This document shows positions 1 to 10,505 of a stretch of DNA of 64,000 nt, piece by piece; the stretch's first letter is position 1; every line of letters starts with the position of its first letter. Position numbers and translations under genes: made by a program. The stretch comes from a virus. The stretch spans positions 1-64,000 of IMG/VR virus record IMGVR_UViG_3300012347_000211. One strand, given 5' to 3'. The notes beneath the pieces are model-generated. The model did not search any database, was not told where the DNA came from, and worked only from the letters and a program-made list of their open reading frames with translations.

Positions 1-37
1 ACAGTGACACGAATCTTGACAGTAATGTCGAATTGTT

Positions 38-292
38 TCATTCTCCAACTCCGAAGTGTCGTTTGATGTTGTAACGTATTGCTTCACAGGCTGCCTCGCC
101 CTCTGCGTACATATTCTTGTCAATAAAAACGTCTGATGCCAAGCGTTGGCCGAAGTACACCGCTCTTCGCTCGTCACACAACGACATACACTCCTGCACA
201 ATCAACTCGGCGAGATATTCTATCCCGAACTCTTCATTGATCGAATCAGATATACCAGCCTGTCCAAATAGTTCAGCCATTCGTTCGTTCAT
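38..292 (-). CDS. Paralog family A member (MNER..FAELIV.EC..HFG)
   Basis: MNERMAELF / YLAELIVQEC / IKRHFGVGE. Confidence 0.85.
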   Translation of the reverse strand: MNERMAELFGQAGISDSINEEFGIEYLAELIVQECMSLCDERRAVYFGQRLASDVFIDKNMYAEGEAACEAIRYNIKRHFGVGE

Positions 293-447
293 AATCCTAC
301 CTGCTTTCCAAACAAACAATACACCTCGAACCACTTGGTCGGAGGGTTCTCAATAAAATACGGATTGACGCGGAAAGACACTTCCCAGTCCCTTGAGAAC
401 TGAAAGTGTCTTACACCAAATCGAATGTTGAACCAAAGATTACTCAT
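289..447 (-). CDS. Small hypothetical protein (52 aa, not in ORF track)
   Basis: Read manually as MSNLWFNIRFGVRHFQFSRDW...KQVGL; ATGA overlaps on both sides. Confidence 0.65.
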   Translation of the reverse strand: MSNLWFNIRFGVRHFQFSRDWEVSFRVNPYFIENPPTKWFEVYCLFGKQVGL

Positions 448-626
448 GGGTTCATCCCAAATCCAGAATCATCCAACGCATCCATCTCTTTCGTCCAACG
501 CTCAAGGAGTGCACGGAATTGCTTGCGGTTACCCTCATCATGGAAAGTATCACCGCTGAACACAGCAGCATCAACTGCATCAAGGTGGTCATCGTCTAGT
601 TGTTTGTATGCTTGATCGTATGTCAT
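444..626 (-). CDS. Hypothetical protein
   Basis: ORF in early array. Confidence 0.7.
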   Translation of the reverse strand: MTYDQAYKQLDDDHLDAVDAAVFSGDTFHDEGNRKQFRALLERWTKEMDALDDSGFGMNP

Positions 627-629
627 TCT

Positions 630-836
630 TTATACTGCCGAACAGATTAGTTGCTGAGGTTCGGCCAATGCATCCTGTAGACGCTCGACCTCTTGCTTGG
701 ACGACTCATACATGCTGATCAACCATTCGATTCGCTCAACAGTATTACCTTCACGCCAGTCCTTGCTACCTTCATACAATTCAGTCGGCAACAAGTCTCG
801 GATACGCTTCATTTCAGCTTGCAATTGTGTTTTCAT
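630..836 (-). CDS. Hypothetical protein
   Basis: Start MKTQLQ preceded by GGAG. Confidence 0.7.
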   Translation of the reverse strand: MKTQLQAEMKRIRDLLPTELYEGSKDWREGNTVERIEWLISMYESSKQEVERLQDALAEPQQLICSAV

Positions 837-837
837 T

Positions 838-1062
838 TCACTCTCCTCGAATCTGAATGATGATCTTGCCAGCCATCGTAGGATATTTGGCACGATCATC
901 GATGCCAGTGTAGTCAAACATTTCGCAAGCCTCGAAGTCGACGGGCTTCATCGTCATGTAGGACTCATAGTTGACAGTTCGTTCAACACCACAATGAACT
1001 TCAGCGTCTTGCGGGAGTGTCTTCATCCACTCGATCATTTGTGCAACAGTTATCATCATCAT
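838..1062 (-). CDS. Hypothetical protein, family B N-terminus (TV.(E/Q)LI..L..LP.D.EV)
   Basis: ITVAQMIEWMKTLPQDAEV. Confidence 0.7.
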   Translation of the reverse strand: MMMITVAQMIEWMKTLPQDAEVHCGVERTVNYESYMTMKPVDFEACEMFDYTGIDDRAKYPTMAGKIIIQIRGE

Positions 1063-1080
1063 TCCCCTATTCGATCACCA

Positions 1081-1109
1081 AGTATACACTCAGTTGACCA
1101 AACGTGCAA
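1081..1109 (-). promoter_or_regulatory. Sigma70-type early promoter
   Basis: gTTGCAC-17 bp-TATACT in an intergenic gap. Confidence 0.7.
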
Positions 1110-1114
1110 CATGG

Positions 1115-1345
1115 TCAGCAACCAACTCCGAAGTGTTTCCAGATCTTATCGCGGTAGTCCAACCAACCATGATAATATTGAGCTTCATCGATTTGCATTG
1201 GGTCTAGGGTCAGCGTTGCACATTCCCGAATAATCAGCTCAGCGAACTTCTCGTTGTATGTCTCAATCCACTTATCAACACTGATTCCATGTGGAACCTG
1301 TGTCTTAGCTTGATCGGACAGCTGCTTGATTATCGTCTTGTTCAT
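1115..1345 (-). CDS. Paralog family A member
   Basis: MNKTIIKQL / EKFAELIIREC / IWKHFGVGC. Confidence 0.85.
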   Translation of the reverse strand: MNKTIIKQLSDQAKTQVPHGISVDKWIETYNEKFAELIIRECATLTLDPMQIDEAQYYHGWLDYRDKIWKHFGVGC

Positions 1346-1485
1346 CTCTTTGTCTCATCTCGTCCATGTATCGTGAATACACTTCACACAGATCCTTGTT
1401 GCCAGAATACACAATCAGCTCACGCAAATCCGCAGCCAAACGCTCAAGCGCAACGTCAGTCGCAATCTTTGCCAGCAATTCACCA

Positions 1486-1653
1486 TCAATCATCGGTCAA
1501 CTCGAAGTGTTCTTTTAACTTATCGATGCATTCCTGACGTTTCAGGACCATGCAGCACTCCTGGACAACCAACTCTGCAAACTGTTGCAGCCTTGGCTCA
1601 CTGACCATCTGGATCTTTGCTTCGACTGCCAATTCTTTAAATCGCTCATTCAT
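1486..1653 (-). CDS. Paralog family A member, minimal version (55 aa, not in ORF track)
   Basis: Read manually as MNERFKELAVEAKIQMVSEPRLQQFAELVVQECCMVLKRQECIDKLKEHFELTDD. Confidence 0.85.
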   Translation of the reverse strand: MNERFKELAVEAKIQMVSEPRLQQFAELVVQECCMVLKRQECIDKLKEHFELTDD

Positions 1654-1664
1654 AATCAATTCCT

Positions 1665-2903
1665 TTACTTCATGCCCAACGCAGCTTTACCTGCCTTCAA
1701 TGCTTCCAGTGCTGTGGGACCAGACCACCTGCGAGTACCTTCCTCGTCACAGTACGGAGCAAGCGTTCGCTCTACCGACCACGCATGCTTGATGTTTGCC
1801 TCATCAGTAAAGCATGTCTGTGGTGGATGGCGCATGATTGCCCACTCCAACGAGTCAAGTGCACGAATCACTTCAAGTGCATCAACATGATCACTGGTCA
1901 ATGGATGAGCGTACACAGGAACATACCCAGCTGGCAACAACTGCTTCGTGAGTGAGTCTTCGGTGTGCACTAGTGCGTTCTCGGCCCACACACTCATCCC
2001 GTTACAGTGGCTGAGCTCTTCCAACTCATCCACATGCACGTATGCTATAGGATCAAATCGGTTCATTCGCACTCTTCCAAGTACTTGTAGTAGTCTTCGT
2101 TCGTGTTGTATGTGTATTCAGTGCCGTCAGCGAGGATACAATGTGGCCCAGGAGACTTTCCAGGTGTAAACTCATATAAAAACCACGTGACATCCTCAGC
2201 CATATCGCCAAATAACGCATTGGTCAACAGATCATTCTGGGCGTATAGCAAGTTGACGTATGTGTTATCGAAGAATGCTGCATTGATATCTTGCGGAATC
2301 GTTGCAAAGTACTCATCTCGCTCCGCGCCCATCTCTTTCATCTTGCGGACAACTTCTATCAATTCTGGTTTCATTGCTTTGCTCCAAACTTTTGTGAGAG
2401 ACGCTCAAACTCAGCCTTCTCTGCTTCTTCACGTTTACGGATATGCTCTGCCTGCTCAAGCATACGCACCTTCAGTTCATCATCAGTCTCTTCACGCTCA
2501 ATGGACAATTCATAACGAGGTGTTGGTTCGTTATCGTAATCATAATAAAAACGAGAATTGTAATAGCAGTGAGCATCTGGCCCATGTTGCTCGATTAGGT
2601 CTTGCACGCGTTGCAGAATCAACGACAATGGGCCTTCGAATTCCCATGTAGAGATATCATCTACACGAGTTTTAATCTTTAATCGTTTCGGCGTCATGCG
2701 TCCACCTCAATATATCCACGTGGGAAGTAGATCATCTTATCGTCTTCCCAGTACTGTTCAGGATACTCAAAACAGAACTTAGGACCAAACAGCTCAAACA
2801 CACGTTCACGGTCGCCCTCGACTACAGCAACACAGTCCTTATCGAACACCTTGCCGTTGACCTCATGGAAGTGGCCATGTCCAAATGTCACATACGTTTT
2901 CAT
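1665..2903 (-). CDS. Four hypothetical proteins (1665-2066, 2063-2374, 2371-2697, 2694-2903)
   Basis: Translationally coupled ORFs. Confidence 0.75.
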
Positions 2904-3148
2904 ACATTAGCTCCGAAGTGTTGTTTGATAGTCTTGGCACAGTCTCTAGGACCACTACTAGAGTCGGGTTCATCATCCCAACGCCACGTGTCATGGCAGC
3001 TTAAACACACCACCATGCACTCCTGCACGATTAGCTTAGCGAACACGTCCTTCGCCTTTAACGCCTGTTCTACACTCAAATTGGTGTATGTTTCAGGCAC
3101 AGCAATGTCTAGAGCCTTAGCCCACAATCTTTGATACTGATCAGTCAT
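2900..3148 (-). CDS. Paralog family A member
   Basis: DVFAKLIVQEC / IKQHFGANV. Confidence 0.85.
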   Translation of the reverse strand: MTDQYQRLWAKALDIAVPETYTNLSVEQALKAKDVFAKLIVQECMVVCLSCHDTWRWDDEPDSSSGPRDCAKTIKQHFGANV

Positions 3149-3613
3149 ATTGTAGTCTCATCTTCTTCAGATCAGCAACAGACTCGATAGGGGCCTTGCC
3201 ATGGTAGAACTCGGACCTCAACTTAGCCCATTCCTCGGTCGTGGGGTGACTGATCTTCTCCCACCCACATACAACACCTACCCACTCAGCCCACAACCCA
3301 CATTCAACCTGTGGATTCTCCTGCAGATACTGCGCGTTCTGTTGCTCTTCAGTTAGTTCGTCCCACATTACATCACCTCTAATGCACGAAACACAGCAAC
3401 GTCTCTTTCTGTTGCCTGGCGGACATACACCTCGTCTATGCTTCCGTGGCGGTGATGTGGATCGTCCATCCAGACTTGCACTACGCCATTATTAGTCCTC
3501 AAGTACTCACCAGGAGCAACGAGGGAAAGCAGATATGCCTTCGTTATCCGCTTTGTTTCTTCTTCAGATATCCGAACAACCTCGGACACTGTCTTGTGTA
3601 TTGTGATATCCAT
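3141..3613 (-). CDS. Two hypothetical proteins (3141-3368, 3368-3613)
   Basis: Coupled ORFs. Confidence 0.7.
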
Positions 3614-3615
3614 CT

Positions 3616-3885
3616 CTATACCATCTCGAATCGTTTCTTGATCTTCAGCACAGCAGCTTCCAACAGCTCGAGCCCTTCAAAACTACCAATGAAGTCGTCT
3701 GGAAATGCCTTATGATATTCGGTCGGCTCCACAGCCGCAATACAGTCTCTGATGATCAGCTCAGCAAACTTATCCAGATTCACTGATTTGGAATGCTTCG
3801 TCACTTCGCCACCATCGGGACTAAAATCTTTGTATGTGTATGTTTCTTCGGCCTGATCAGCAAGCTCTTTGATGCGTCTATTCAT
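3616..3885 (-). CDS. Paralog family A member
   Basis: MNRRIKELADQA / DKFAELIIRDC / IKKRFEMV. Confidence 0.85.
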   Translation of the reverse strand: MNRRIKELADQAEETYTYKDFSPDGGEVTKHSKSVNLDKFAELIIRDCIAAVEPTEYHKAFPDDFIGSFEGLELLEAAVLKIKKRFEMV

Positions 3886-3892
3886 TGCTTCA

Positions 3893-4204
3893 TCACCTTA
3901 CTTCCTCAAGCATACTAATCACAAAGTCTATTGCCGCCTGTTCGTTTGGCCCTAGCATCTTCTCTTCATTCTTGAATCTGCGCATGAAGTAACTGGCGCG
4001 CGATGCGTCCATGTTAGATGGTTTGGTTGATTGTGCAGGAACGGCAAAGTACACAGGAACGGCAAAGTACACAGGAACTGTGCATTCACCATATGGAGTC
4101 TTGCTGAACTCTTGCTTGCCGTGGATTGCATTATGACATAGAATCGTATTCTTTGCCAACTCGCTGATGTAGAATCCTGGTACTGGTTCGTTCCATTCGA
4201 TCAT
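3893..4204 (-). CDS. Hypothetical protein with in-frame 6-aa tandem duplication
   Basis: VPVYFA-VPVYFA-VP. Confidence 0.7.
   Translation of the reverse strand: MIEWNEPVPGFYISELAKNTILCHNAIHGKQEFSKTPYGECTVPVYFAVPVYFAVPAQSTKPSNMDASRASYFMRRFKNEEKMLGPNEQAAIDFVISMLEEVR
4036..4078 (+). repeat. 18-bp perfect tandem repeat, about 2.4 copies
   Basis: CAGGAACGGCAAAGTACA x2 + CAGGAAC. Confidence 0.95.
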
Positions 4205-4431
4205 GTTAGTGCTTTCATTGTGATTGTGAAGGGTGCGTGCTCGAGCAACATTACCCAAGAGCCATACAACACAGCACCAAGGATCAATGTTCCGATCTTT
4301 GTTAGAAGTGAGTTAGGCACACCACCGATATTATACTTGCCTAGGTTATTGATCGCTACCATCATATACGCAACAGTAGCATATGACAATACAATCACCA
4401 ATGCAGCAAATCCGATTGCAGCTAAAATCAT
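4201..4431 (-). CDS. Small membrane protein (2 TM)
   Basis: Two hydrophobic stretches. Confidence 0.7.
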   Translation of the reverse strand: MILAAIGFAALVIVLSYATVAYMMVAINNLGKYNIGGVPNSLLTKIGTLILGAVLYGSWVMLLEHAPFTITMKALT

Positions 4432-4440
4432 TCGTGTACC

Positions 4441-4692
4441 TCAGGTTGGCTTATCGTCGAATGGAGGAATTGTTGACCACTCTCCGTCTAAGTCCGATTC
4501 TAGCATAGCACATACCTTGTTGGCAACATCCTCGAGTGCTGGCAAGTCTTTGGCGAGCTGCTCATAGTTCCAAGAGAACCTGATGTTGACTACACCAGAC
4601 TCTTCCAGTCTCTTTTGCACGGAAGCAATCCTTGCTCGTGTCTCTTCTGATAATGATGTGTCCGATACCAGACGTTTGTCCATAAAATTCAT
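4441..4692 (-). CDS. Hypothetical protein
   Basis: ORF in array. Confidence 0.7.
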   Translation of the reverse strand: MNFMDKRLVSDTSLSEETRARIASVQKRLEESGVVNIRFSWNYEQLAKDLPALEDVANKVCAMLESDLDGEWSTIPPFDDKPT

Positions 4693-5024
4693 TTCGTCTC
4701 TTTCAATTGTTTCAAACGCTTCTCTAACCGCTCAATCTCGCGAGCAGTCGCAGCCTGGTATCGTTCCAGATCAGTTTCTTCACTGACCCAACGTCTGATA
4801 TTCTTCTGGCATGACGTAGTAACCATCAGTGCCCTGATCGGGAAGATGCCAAACGATTCCATATCGTGATCCGAGCATGCCTGGATGCACTCTTCCACAA
4901 TCAGCTCAGCAAACTTATCCATATACAGTTTGTTGAATTCTTTCAGTCCACCATCATTCATCGCCACCTCGAGTGCAGCGAAGTCGGCAGCCTTGGTAGC
5001 CAGTTGATCGATTCTTTTATTCAT
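4689..5024 (-). CDS. Paralog family A member with coiled-coil C-terminal extension
   Basis: MNKRIDQLA / DKFAELIVEEC. Confidence 0.85.
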   Translation of the reverse strand: MNKRIDQLATKAADFAALEVAMNDGGLKEFNKLYMDKFAELIVEECIQACSDHDMESFGIFPIRALMVTTSCQKNIRRWVSEETDLERYQAATAREIERLEKRLKQLKETK

Positions 5025-6553
5025 ATGATGGTTGATTCTTCGTGTACTCAATCATCTGAAAGCAGGCCATCACGCCGTCGACTGTCTGACAGTCAGCAAC
5101 GAACGTGCCCTTTTCGTTACGGATGTAGAATCCATTTTGCATCACTTCTACGCCGTACTTGTAGTTCTCAAGAGCTCGTCGTGCACTGAGAAACTTCTTG
5201 ATCAAATCACATTCGCTCATAACAACCCCTTATGGATACAACACAGCGTGCTTGTTAGCACCAGTACGTTTCAACTCTTCCCACTCTTCTTCGTCCATGT
5301 CTGCTTCATCAGCATCCCATTCTGTCGAATACACAGTGGTGTCCCAACCTCCGCTGACGTGGATCACATCATAGTCTATGCCGCGCAATGGACTATACCC
5401 ATTGCCCTCAGAGTCTCTCTGAAGGATCAATTCAACGTCTGGTTTTGATAACAGTAGTTGTGCTAGTTCATGTGATGTCATTCTGAGGCCTTCGGATAAC
5501 GGATATCGCTTAGTAAGCGAGCATTGATATTTCCTTGTGCATCACGGACACGGACGAATACACGGCAATCGCCTTTGTGGTCGTGATAAATTGAGTCCCA
5601 CACATAGTATCCAACAACTGTATGTGTGACCCATGTCTCTAGGCTGTTCAGATAGATCTGCACTCGGCTGCCAATCTGAGGTAGCAAGTCGCCCTCCACT
5701 GGTGGTAGAGCTGGAGGCACCTCATCATGCTTGGCCATCAATTTAGCATCATACATGCCAGCATCATATCCAGCGATGAAGTCTGGACGCAGCTTCTGGA
5801 TAGGCTCATACGGAACACTTCCGCCACCTCCCTCTAACACATCGAGGAACAGTTTCAGATAGCCGATCGCTTCTCCGATCGCTGATCTGCCATCTTGCGA
5901 CGTGCTTATGTTGTTGATGTGCCCGATCACATACGGGATCGATTCTTTCACATTCTTATATTTCATGGTTTGCCTTTAGAATGGGATATCATCATCCCAG
6001 ATCGAGGGATAGACAACTGGCTTTGGTAGTGGGGCGACGTAGTTCTCATTGTCAAAGTTGTAGAATGCTTCCCGCCACTCGCCAACCTTATGACGCAATC
6101 GGTCTTGGTTGTCAGTTAGGATCTCCATCTTGTCCAGAGTTGTATAGCTACCGCTCGGAGGATCCCATACTGTTATGTGTCCATTGAAGAACGTCCCGTC
6201 CCATGCACCATTAACTACACGGAAGTCGAAGTCTGATAGACTACGCTCCTGCTCAACTACAACTAGCAATTCGGGCCTGACACGAGTACCCAACATCAGC
6301 ATCATAGCTCTCTCCAATCATGCAACTCACACATACCATGCTCAAAGTCAAACAACACAACTCGTTCCATGTCAGGAACAGTACATGCATACGCAACCAT
6401 TGTGCTGATTGGTTTCTTCAACCACTGGCGAGTGTTCCATGGATGGCCGACAGCCGGGCGTTGCCACTTGCAATTGCAGCAGCATCGTCCGGACGAATTG
6501 CCATCCTTCATCTCCCATCCTTTAAAGCACAGGTCGGGAGTCACGCCACTCAT
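5017..6553 (-). CDS. Five hypothetical proteins (5017-5220; 5230-5481 family B; 5478-5966; 5976-6305; 6302-6553 Cys-rich)
   Basis: Coupled ORFs; the last has CCCNC and further Cys. Confidence 0.7.
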
Positions 6554-6789
6554 TTTGTTGGGATGCACTGCATTTGAAAACCACCTTGACCGCCGCCACT
6601 GTAGACAGCAATACAAGCCATGCCATTGTCGGTTGTGAACTCATATGCACGAGCATCATAACCATACATCTCGATCTTGTACTTCTTTACTTGCTTGGTT
6701 GGCCAGCCGGAGGTAGCAACAGAGTCAACTAGGCCAGCCGGAGCTGCACTAGCAAACAACATCAAACCAATTGCGATAATCTTTTTCAT
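6550..6789 (-). CDS. Small exported protein
   Basis: Signal peptide MKKIIAIGLMLFASAAPA; a Cys pair in the mature part. Confidence 0.7.
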   Translation of the reverse strand: MKKIIAIGLMLFASAAPAGLVDSVATSGWPTKQVKKYKIEMYGYDARAYEFTTDNGMACIAVYSGGGQGGFQMQCIPTK

Positions 6790-7283
6790 TGTGCGTTTCT
6801 CCAAACTGCTTTCTCTACTAACTCTTCAAGTGTCGTGCCTTCGTGGATCATCACGGCATCCAACATCATCTGCAACGTGCTGACGACAAACCCACTCGCT
6901 GCTCCCCAATAGATTGCCTTGTCCAGTACTTCTAGGATCTGGATTGCTGTTGGATGTTCATCCCACTTTGCAACCAACTCACGTAGGATTGGATCCATCT
7001 GAGTGTCAGGTGCTTCCAAGAACAACTGCTTTAATCCACTCAGGTCGTTCTTATTGTCTGTATTATTCATTGTGTCTTTCTTGACAGGGTTCTTTAACCT
7101 AATGATGTAGTGACCAAACTTGTCTGGTGCTTTGTAGAATGGGATCTTGCGAAATGTGTAGTATCGCTCCAACCACCACGCTTGTGCCTTGCCGTAGTAG
7201 ATGATCAGATAGAACAACCCGATCAGCGGCCACGCTATCAACCAATCACCGATGTTTTTAATGCGTGTCTTCAACTTTGCCAT
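6786..7283 (-). CDS. Hypothetical protein with N-terminal TM
   Basis: ORF; may be a fusion of two small genes (internal Met at about 7070). Confidence 0.6.
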   Translation of the reverse strand: MAKLKTRIKNIGDWLIAWPLIGLFYLIIYYGKAQAWWLERYYTFRKIPFYKAPDKFGHYIIRLKNPVKKDTMNNTDNKNDLSGLKQLFLEAPDTQMDPILRELVAKWDEHPTAIQILEVLDKAIYWGAASGFVVSTLQMMLDAVMIHEGTTLEELVEKAVWRNAQ

Positions 7284-7500
7284 ACTCGGTTCCGAAGTGT
7301 TCGTTAATCCTGTCTCGCTTCTGATAGAAGTTCAGCCACTGATACTGGATCACTGCATCACCTTCTCTTGGTGTGATTATACGTAAGGCCTCTGCTAGGA
7401 TCAACTTGGCAAACTTTTCTTTATCGAACGTGTGGGTCTTGTTATCCCACGTGCCGTAGTCTTCACACCGATCGATGAGATCTTTAATCTTTTCGTTCAT
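7258..7500 (-). CDS. Paralog family A member
   Basis: MNEKIKDLI / EKFAKLILAE / INEHFGTE. Confidence 0.85.
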   Translation of the reverse strand: MNEKIKDLIDRCEDYGTWDNKTHTFDKEKFAKLILAEALRIITPREGDAVIQYQWLNFYQKRDRINEHFGTEYGKVEDTH

Positions 7501-7894
7501 CTTTTGTTCTCGCAAACAGAGCATTGTATCTCGCTTGAGACTCCAGAAACTGCGGAGACTTCAAGCTGGCCTCTTGGTATCCACCATCGCCCGCCATCGC
7601 ATCAGCACCGGCCATGATGTTAGCAATTTGTGATTCGTATGCTGATGGAGGCAATGGCAACGCAATGCCGTACGCATCCGCAATGTTGTTGATGTGGATT
7701 TTAGATTGTAGATTCTCTGGTGATCTGACACCGTTGCGGGGCATGTGCAACTGAATCATTGCAATGCAGTCCTGTGCAACGAGCGTTGCGAATCGATCAA
7801 ACACAGCAACTAGGTCTTCTCTGGATGCAGGATCGCTGCTCCACCAATCATCCAACCCAGATTGTGTTGCTAAGTCAATAGTTCGTTCGTTCAT
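7484..7894 (-). CDS. Paralog family A member with C-terminal extension
   Basis: MNERTIDLA / DRFATLVAQDC. Confidence 0.8.
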   Translation of the reverse strand: MNERTIDLATQSGLDDWWSSDPASREDLVAVFDRFATLVAQDCIAMIQLHMPRNGVRSPENLQSKIHINNIADAYGIALPLPPSAYESQIANIMAGADAMAGDGGYQEASLKSPQFLESQARYNALFARTKDERKD

Positions 7895-8025
7895 CATTTG
7901 ATCTCGGCATACACGATCTGCACAATCCTGTACATATTGAACTTGTAGCTGTCGGGCTCTTCGAACACAATACTGACCTGCGGATAGTCAGGATCATCGT
8001 CGTATATAATCCAGGCTAGTTTCAT
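7894..8025 (-). CDS. Small hypothetical protein (43 aa, not in ORF track)
   Basis: MKLAWIIYDDDPDYP...VYAEIK fills the gap with overlaps. Confidence 0.6.
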   Translation of the reverse strand: MKLAWIIYDDDPDYPQVSIVFEEPDSYKFNMYRIVQIVYAEIK

Positions 8026-8390
8026 TTGTTAAACCACAACACATGAGTTGCCCACTCTGGGCACTCGACCCAACATGAGACGTGTGCGTACTGTGTCTTC
8101 GTTGCCCAGTATCCTGAGCCATCATCTGAATTGAACCATCCAGCGTCCAACGCCTTTTCCCATTCATCCAAAGAGAACAGATCGCCATACTCCGGGTGGT
8201 CCATCATTGTGGGTTTGTAATCAAGACCATACAACTCACACAATTGCTCACGTTCCCACTCATCCAGGTCTTGAGTTCCCATCACGTCGCGGAGCAACAA
8301 CTCAGCGAACTTGTTTGAATTAAACCAGGGAGGACCATACTGTCTAGCTTCCCAGCATTGTGATTCGAGTTCTTTAATTCGGTTATTCAT
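8022..8390 (-). CDS. Paralog family A member fused to an unrelated Trp-rich domain
   Basis: MNNRIKELE / NKFAELLLRD, then GWFNSDDGSGYWA..PEWATHVLWFNK. Confidence 0.8.
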   Translation of the reverse strand: MNNRIKELESQCWEARQYGPPWFNSNKFAELLLRDVMGTQDLDEWEREQLCELYGLDYKPTMMDHPEYGDLFSLDEWEKALDAGWFNSDDGSGYWATKTQYAHVSCWVECPEWATHVLWFNK

Positions 8391-8399
8391 CACGTACCC

Positions 8400-9497
8400 T
8401 TAGTATGAGATTCCGCCAATGCGGTCAAATGTGCTGATGCCACGCAGCTTCGCAGTGAGGATCACAATCTTCTTGCGTTTGTATCGCTTGGATTTGATGT
8501 CCTCATCAGTAACATACTCATTCATTTCCCAGTTGTGGTACTTCTTGTAGCATGCACGGGAATGTTCATCGTCGAATGAACTCATTTGGTATGTCTTGGG
8601 ATCGCCCTCAACATCACGGCAATCCTCCAGACGGACCATCTCCATGAAGTATGGAAGATTCATCTTGACCAGGTCAGTCTGAATCAATCCGCCAACATCC
8701 ATGTAGTCGCCAACATAGCCGTTCCACAGCTTGATCTCAGGATCGCCCTCGATCGTATTGAGCATCTCGATTAGTTTAGATTTTTTCATCGCGTACCAGA
8801 CATGCGCGCAACATTGCATGCGCAACTGCTTCCATTTCTTCAACGGAACCGAAGCTGAGGAATATCTCTTGGCCAGTATACTCTTTGTATGTGACGGAAA
8901 GCACTTCGCCAGCGCATACCTCATACTTGTAGTCATCATCGGATGATACTGTGAACGTCACTTCTGTTGTAATCATAACCCAAACTCCTTCATAATGTCA
9001 TCGGCTACATCTTTTCAGTATACTCACTATACCACCGAGCCACGATTGCTCCTACACTTGGTCACGTTTTTGTACACAAGCGATGGCAGACTGCCACTCA
9101 ATCTCTTCGACGATCTCGCACTCACTGATTGGCGTTTGTGTAATTACCTGAGTGCGGTCCCAACTAGGTTCCATGCTGACTGTGGCATAGCAATCATCTT
9201 CGGTTGTCCAGTGTGGAAAGGTGTACAGAGTCCTGTTAGTAGGTCTGTGAATGAGTTTGTAGTATACGTTGGTCATCTTCTGCCCTTAATCACAACGAAG
9301 TCGAGCTTCTCGTCCAGCCAGCTCCAATCAATGATCCACAACATGACAATGAGATTCAACACAGGAATCAACGAACACAACGTCATTGTGGCGAACTCGG
9401 GAAATCTGATATCATATCCTCGTACCCACGCATGCTGATACATAAACGTCGGTAAGGTCACGACAACACTGACCACATATAAAATTAAATATTCCAT
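8400..9497 (-). CDS. Four hypothetical proteins (8400-8789 family B; 8776-8976; 9052-9276; 9273-9497 membrane)
   Basis: ORFs in array. Confidence 0.7.
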
Positions 9498-9907
9498 CAC
9501 TTCATTCCATTCTTAGGATAGACAATCACGATCGGCTTCAGTTGCTTTTCAGCATAGTCGTGAGTATACCATGTTCCACCTTTTGGTTGCCACTTATCAT
9601 GAAGGGGCACCACAATTAGAAGATGAGTGTCGTCGACGATGTTGCGATCTCGTTGAAGGTATCCAAGGGGACGGCGGGACTCATCGCTTGGAAAGAATCC
9701 ACGTAGATTGTCTGATGTTGGGGGATGACATATGATCCTGAACCCCAGCTCACGAGCAATTGCTGCTGCTTCTACATCAACGCCTTCGCAATCGCCGTGA
9801 TGGAATTCAGCAGGACCCTTCTCGATCACCAGTGTCAGGATACGACGAACACGACGCGCTTGGTGCTCGTTCATCCCTTCACGGGTACCTGTGATTCCTA
9901 TCTTCAT
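9497..9907 (-). CDS. Stand-alone SLOG (YspA/DprA-like) domain protein
   Basis: IGITGTR, HHGDCEGVD, RDRNIVD and GGTWYT motifs. Confidence 0.75.
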   Translation of the reverse strand: MKIGITGTREGMNEHQARRVRRILTLVIEKGPAEFHHGDCEGVDVEAAAIARELGFRIICHPPTSDNLRGFFPSDESRRPLGYLQRDRNIVDDTHLLIVVPLHDKWQPKGGTWYTHDYAEKQLKPIVIVYPKNGMK

Positions 9908-10094
9908 GGTCGCTCTTTCAGTAGTCGGTACCGGTACATTCCAACCTTAATGACATATGTGCGCATCAGTCTGACTTTTTCTTTGTCGACATCAGACCAA
10001 TTCTTGTCGCCAATGTTGTGCATACGAATAAAGAACTCTTTCGAGTCCTCTATCATCCGTTCGCTGTTTCGCCATTTGGCTTCCCAGCTATCCA

Positions 10095-10505
10095 TCAATA
10101 TACTTTCTTGGCCACCATTGCAGCTAGCTTGCCATCATACTGACCAGCATAGCGTTCTTTCAATGCCTTCATAAACTCTGGCATACTCTTAAAGTAACCA
10201 GCAATGATGGTCAACTGAACTTCATCGAGTTGTTGAGGAAGGAACTCTTCCAAGATCATTCGCTCGATCACATACAACTCGGCATTCTGACCACGTGTAG
10301 TCAGTGCGTCGATCGTTTCGTTTGTGTTCTTGATGAACTTCTTAACCACAGCAACGACTTCTGCGTCTGTAGTCTCACGGTCACCAGCATTCTTGCCAAT
10401 CATTGCAGCTTCGCCGAGCAATGTGGTATACAGGCTAGCGATTGGCAAGCCTTCTTTACGAGCAGCAAGTTGCTTCTCTTTAATTTGCGCAATCAACGAC
10501 ATCAT
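10095..10505 (-). CDS. GatB/YqeY domain protein
   Basis: QLAARK..TTLLGE..TDAEVVAVVKKFIK..E..ILEEFLPQQL..DGK. Confidence 0.8.
   Translation of the reverse strand: MMSLIAQIKEKQLAARKEGLPIASLYTTLLGEAAMIGKNAGDRETTDAEVVAVVKKFIKNTNETIDALTTRGQNAELYVIERMILEEFLPQQLDEVQLTIIAGYFKSMPEFMKALKERYAGQYDGKLAAMVAKKVY

Noticed and set aside
376-412. Hairpin AAGACACTT...AAGTGTCTT as an ncRNA or terminator
   Set aside because: Lies inside a plausible 52-aa ORF (289-447) coupled on both sides; no good U-tract.
8400-8976. Programmed frameshift suggested by long ORF overlap
   Set aside because: The internal start MKKSK at 8789 leaves only a short ordinary overlap.
8977-9051. Possible extended -10 promoter (TGgTATAGT), or relic family-A C-terminus DIMKEFGL
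   Set aside because: No -35 box and an in-frame stop upstream of the relic; cannot be supported.
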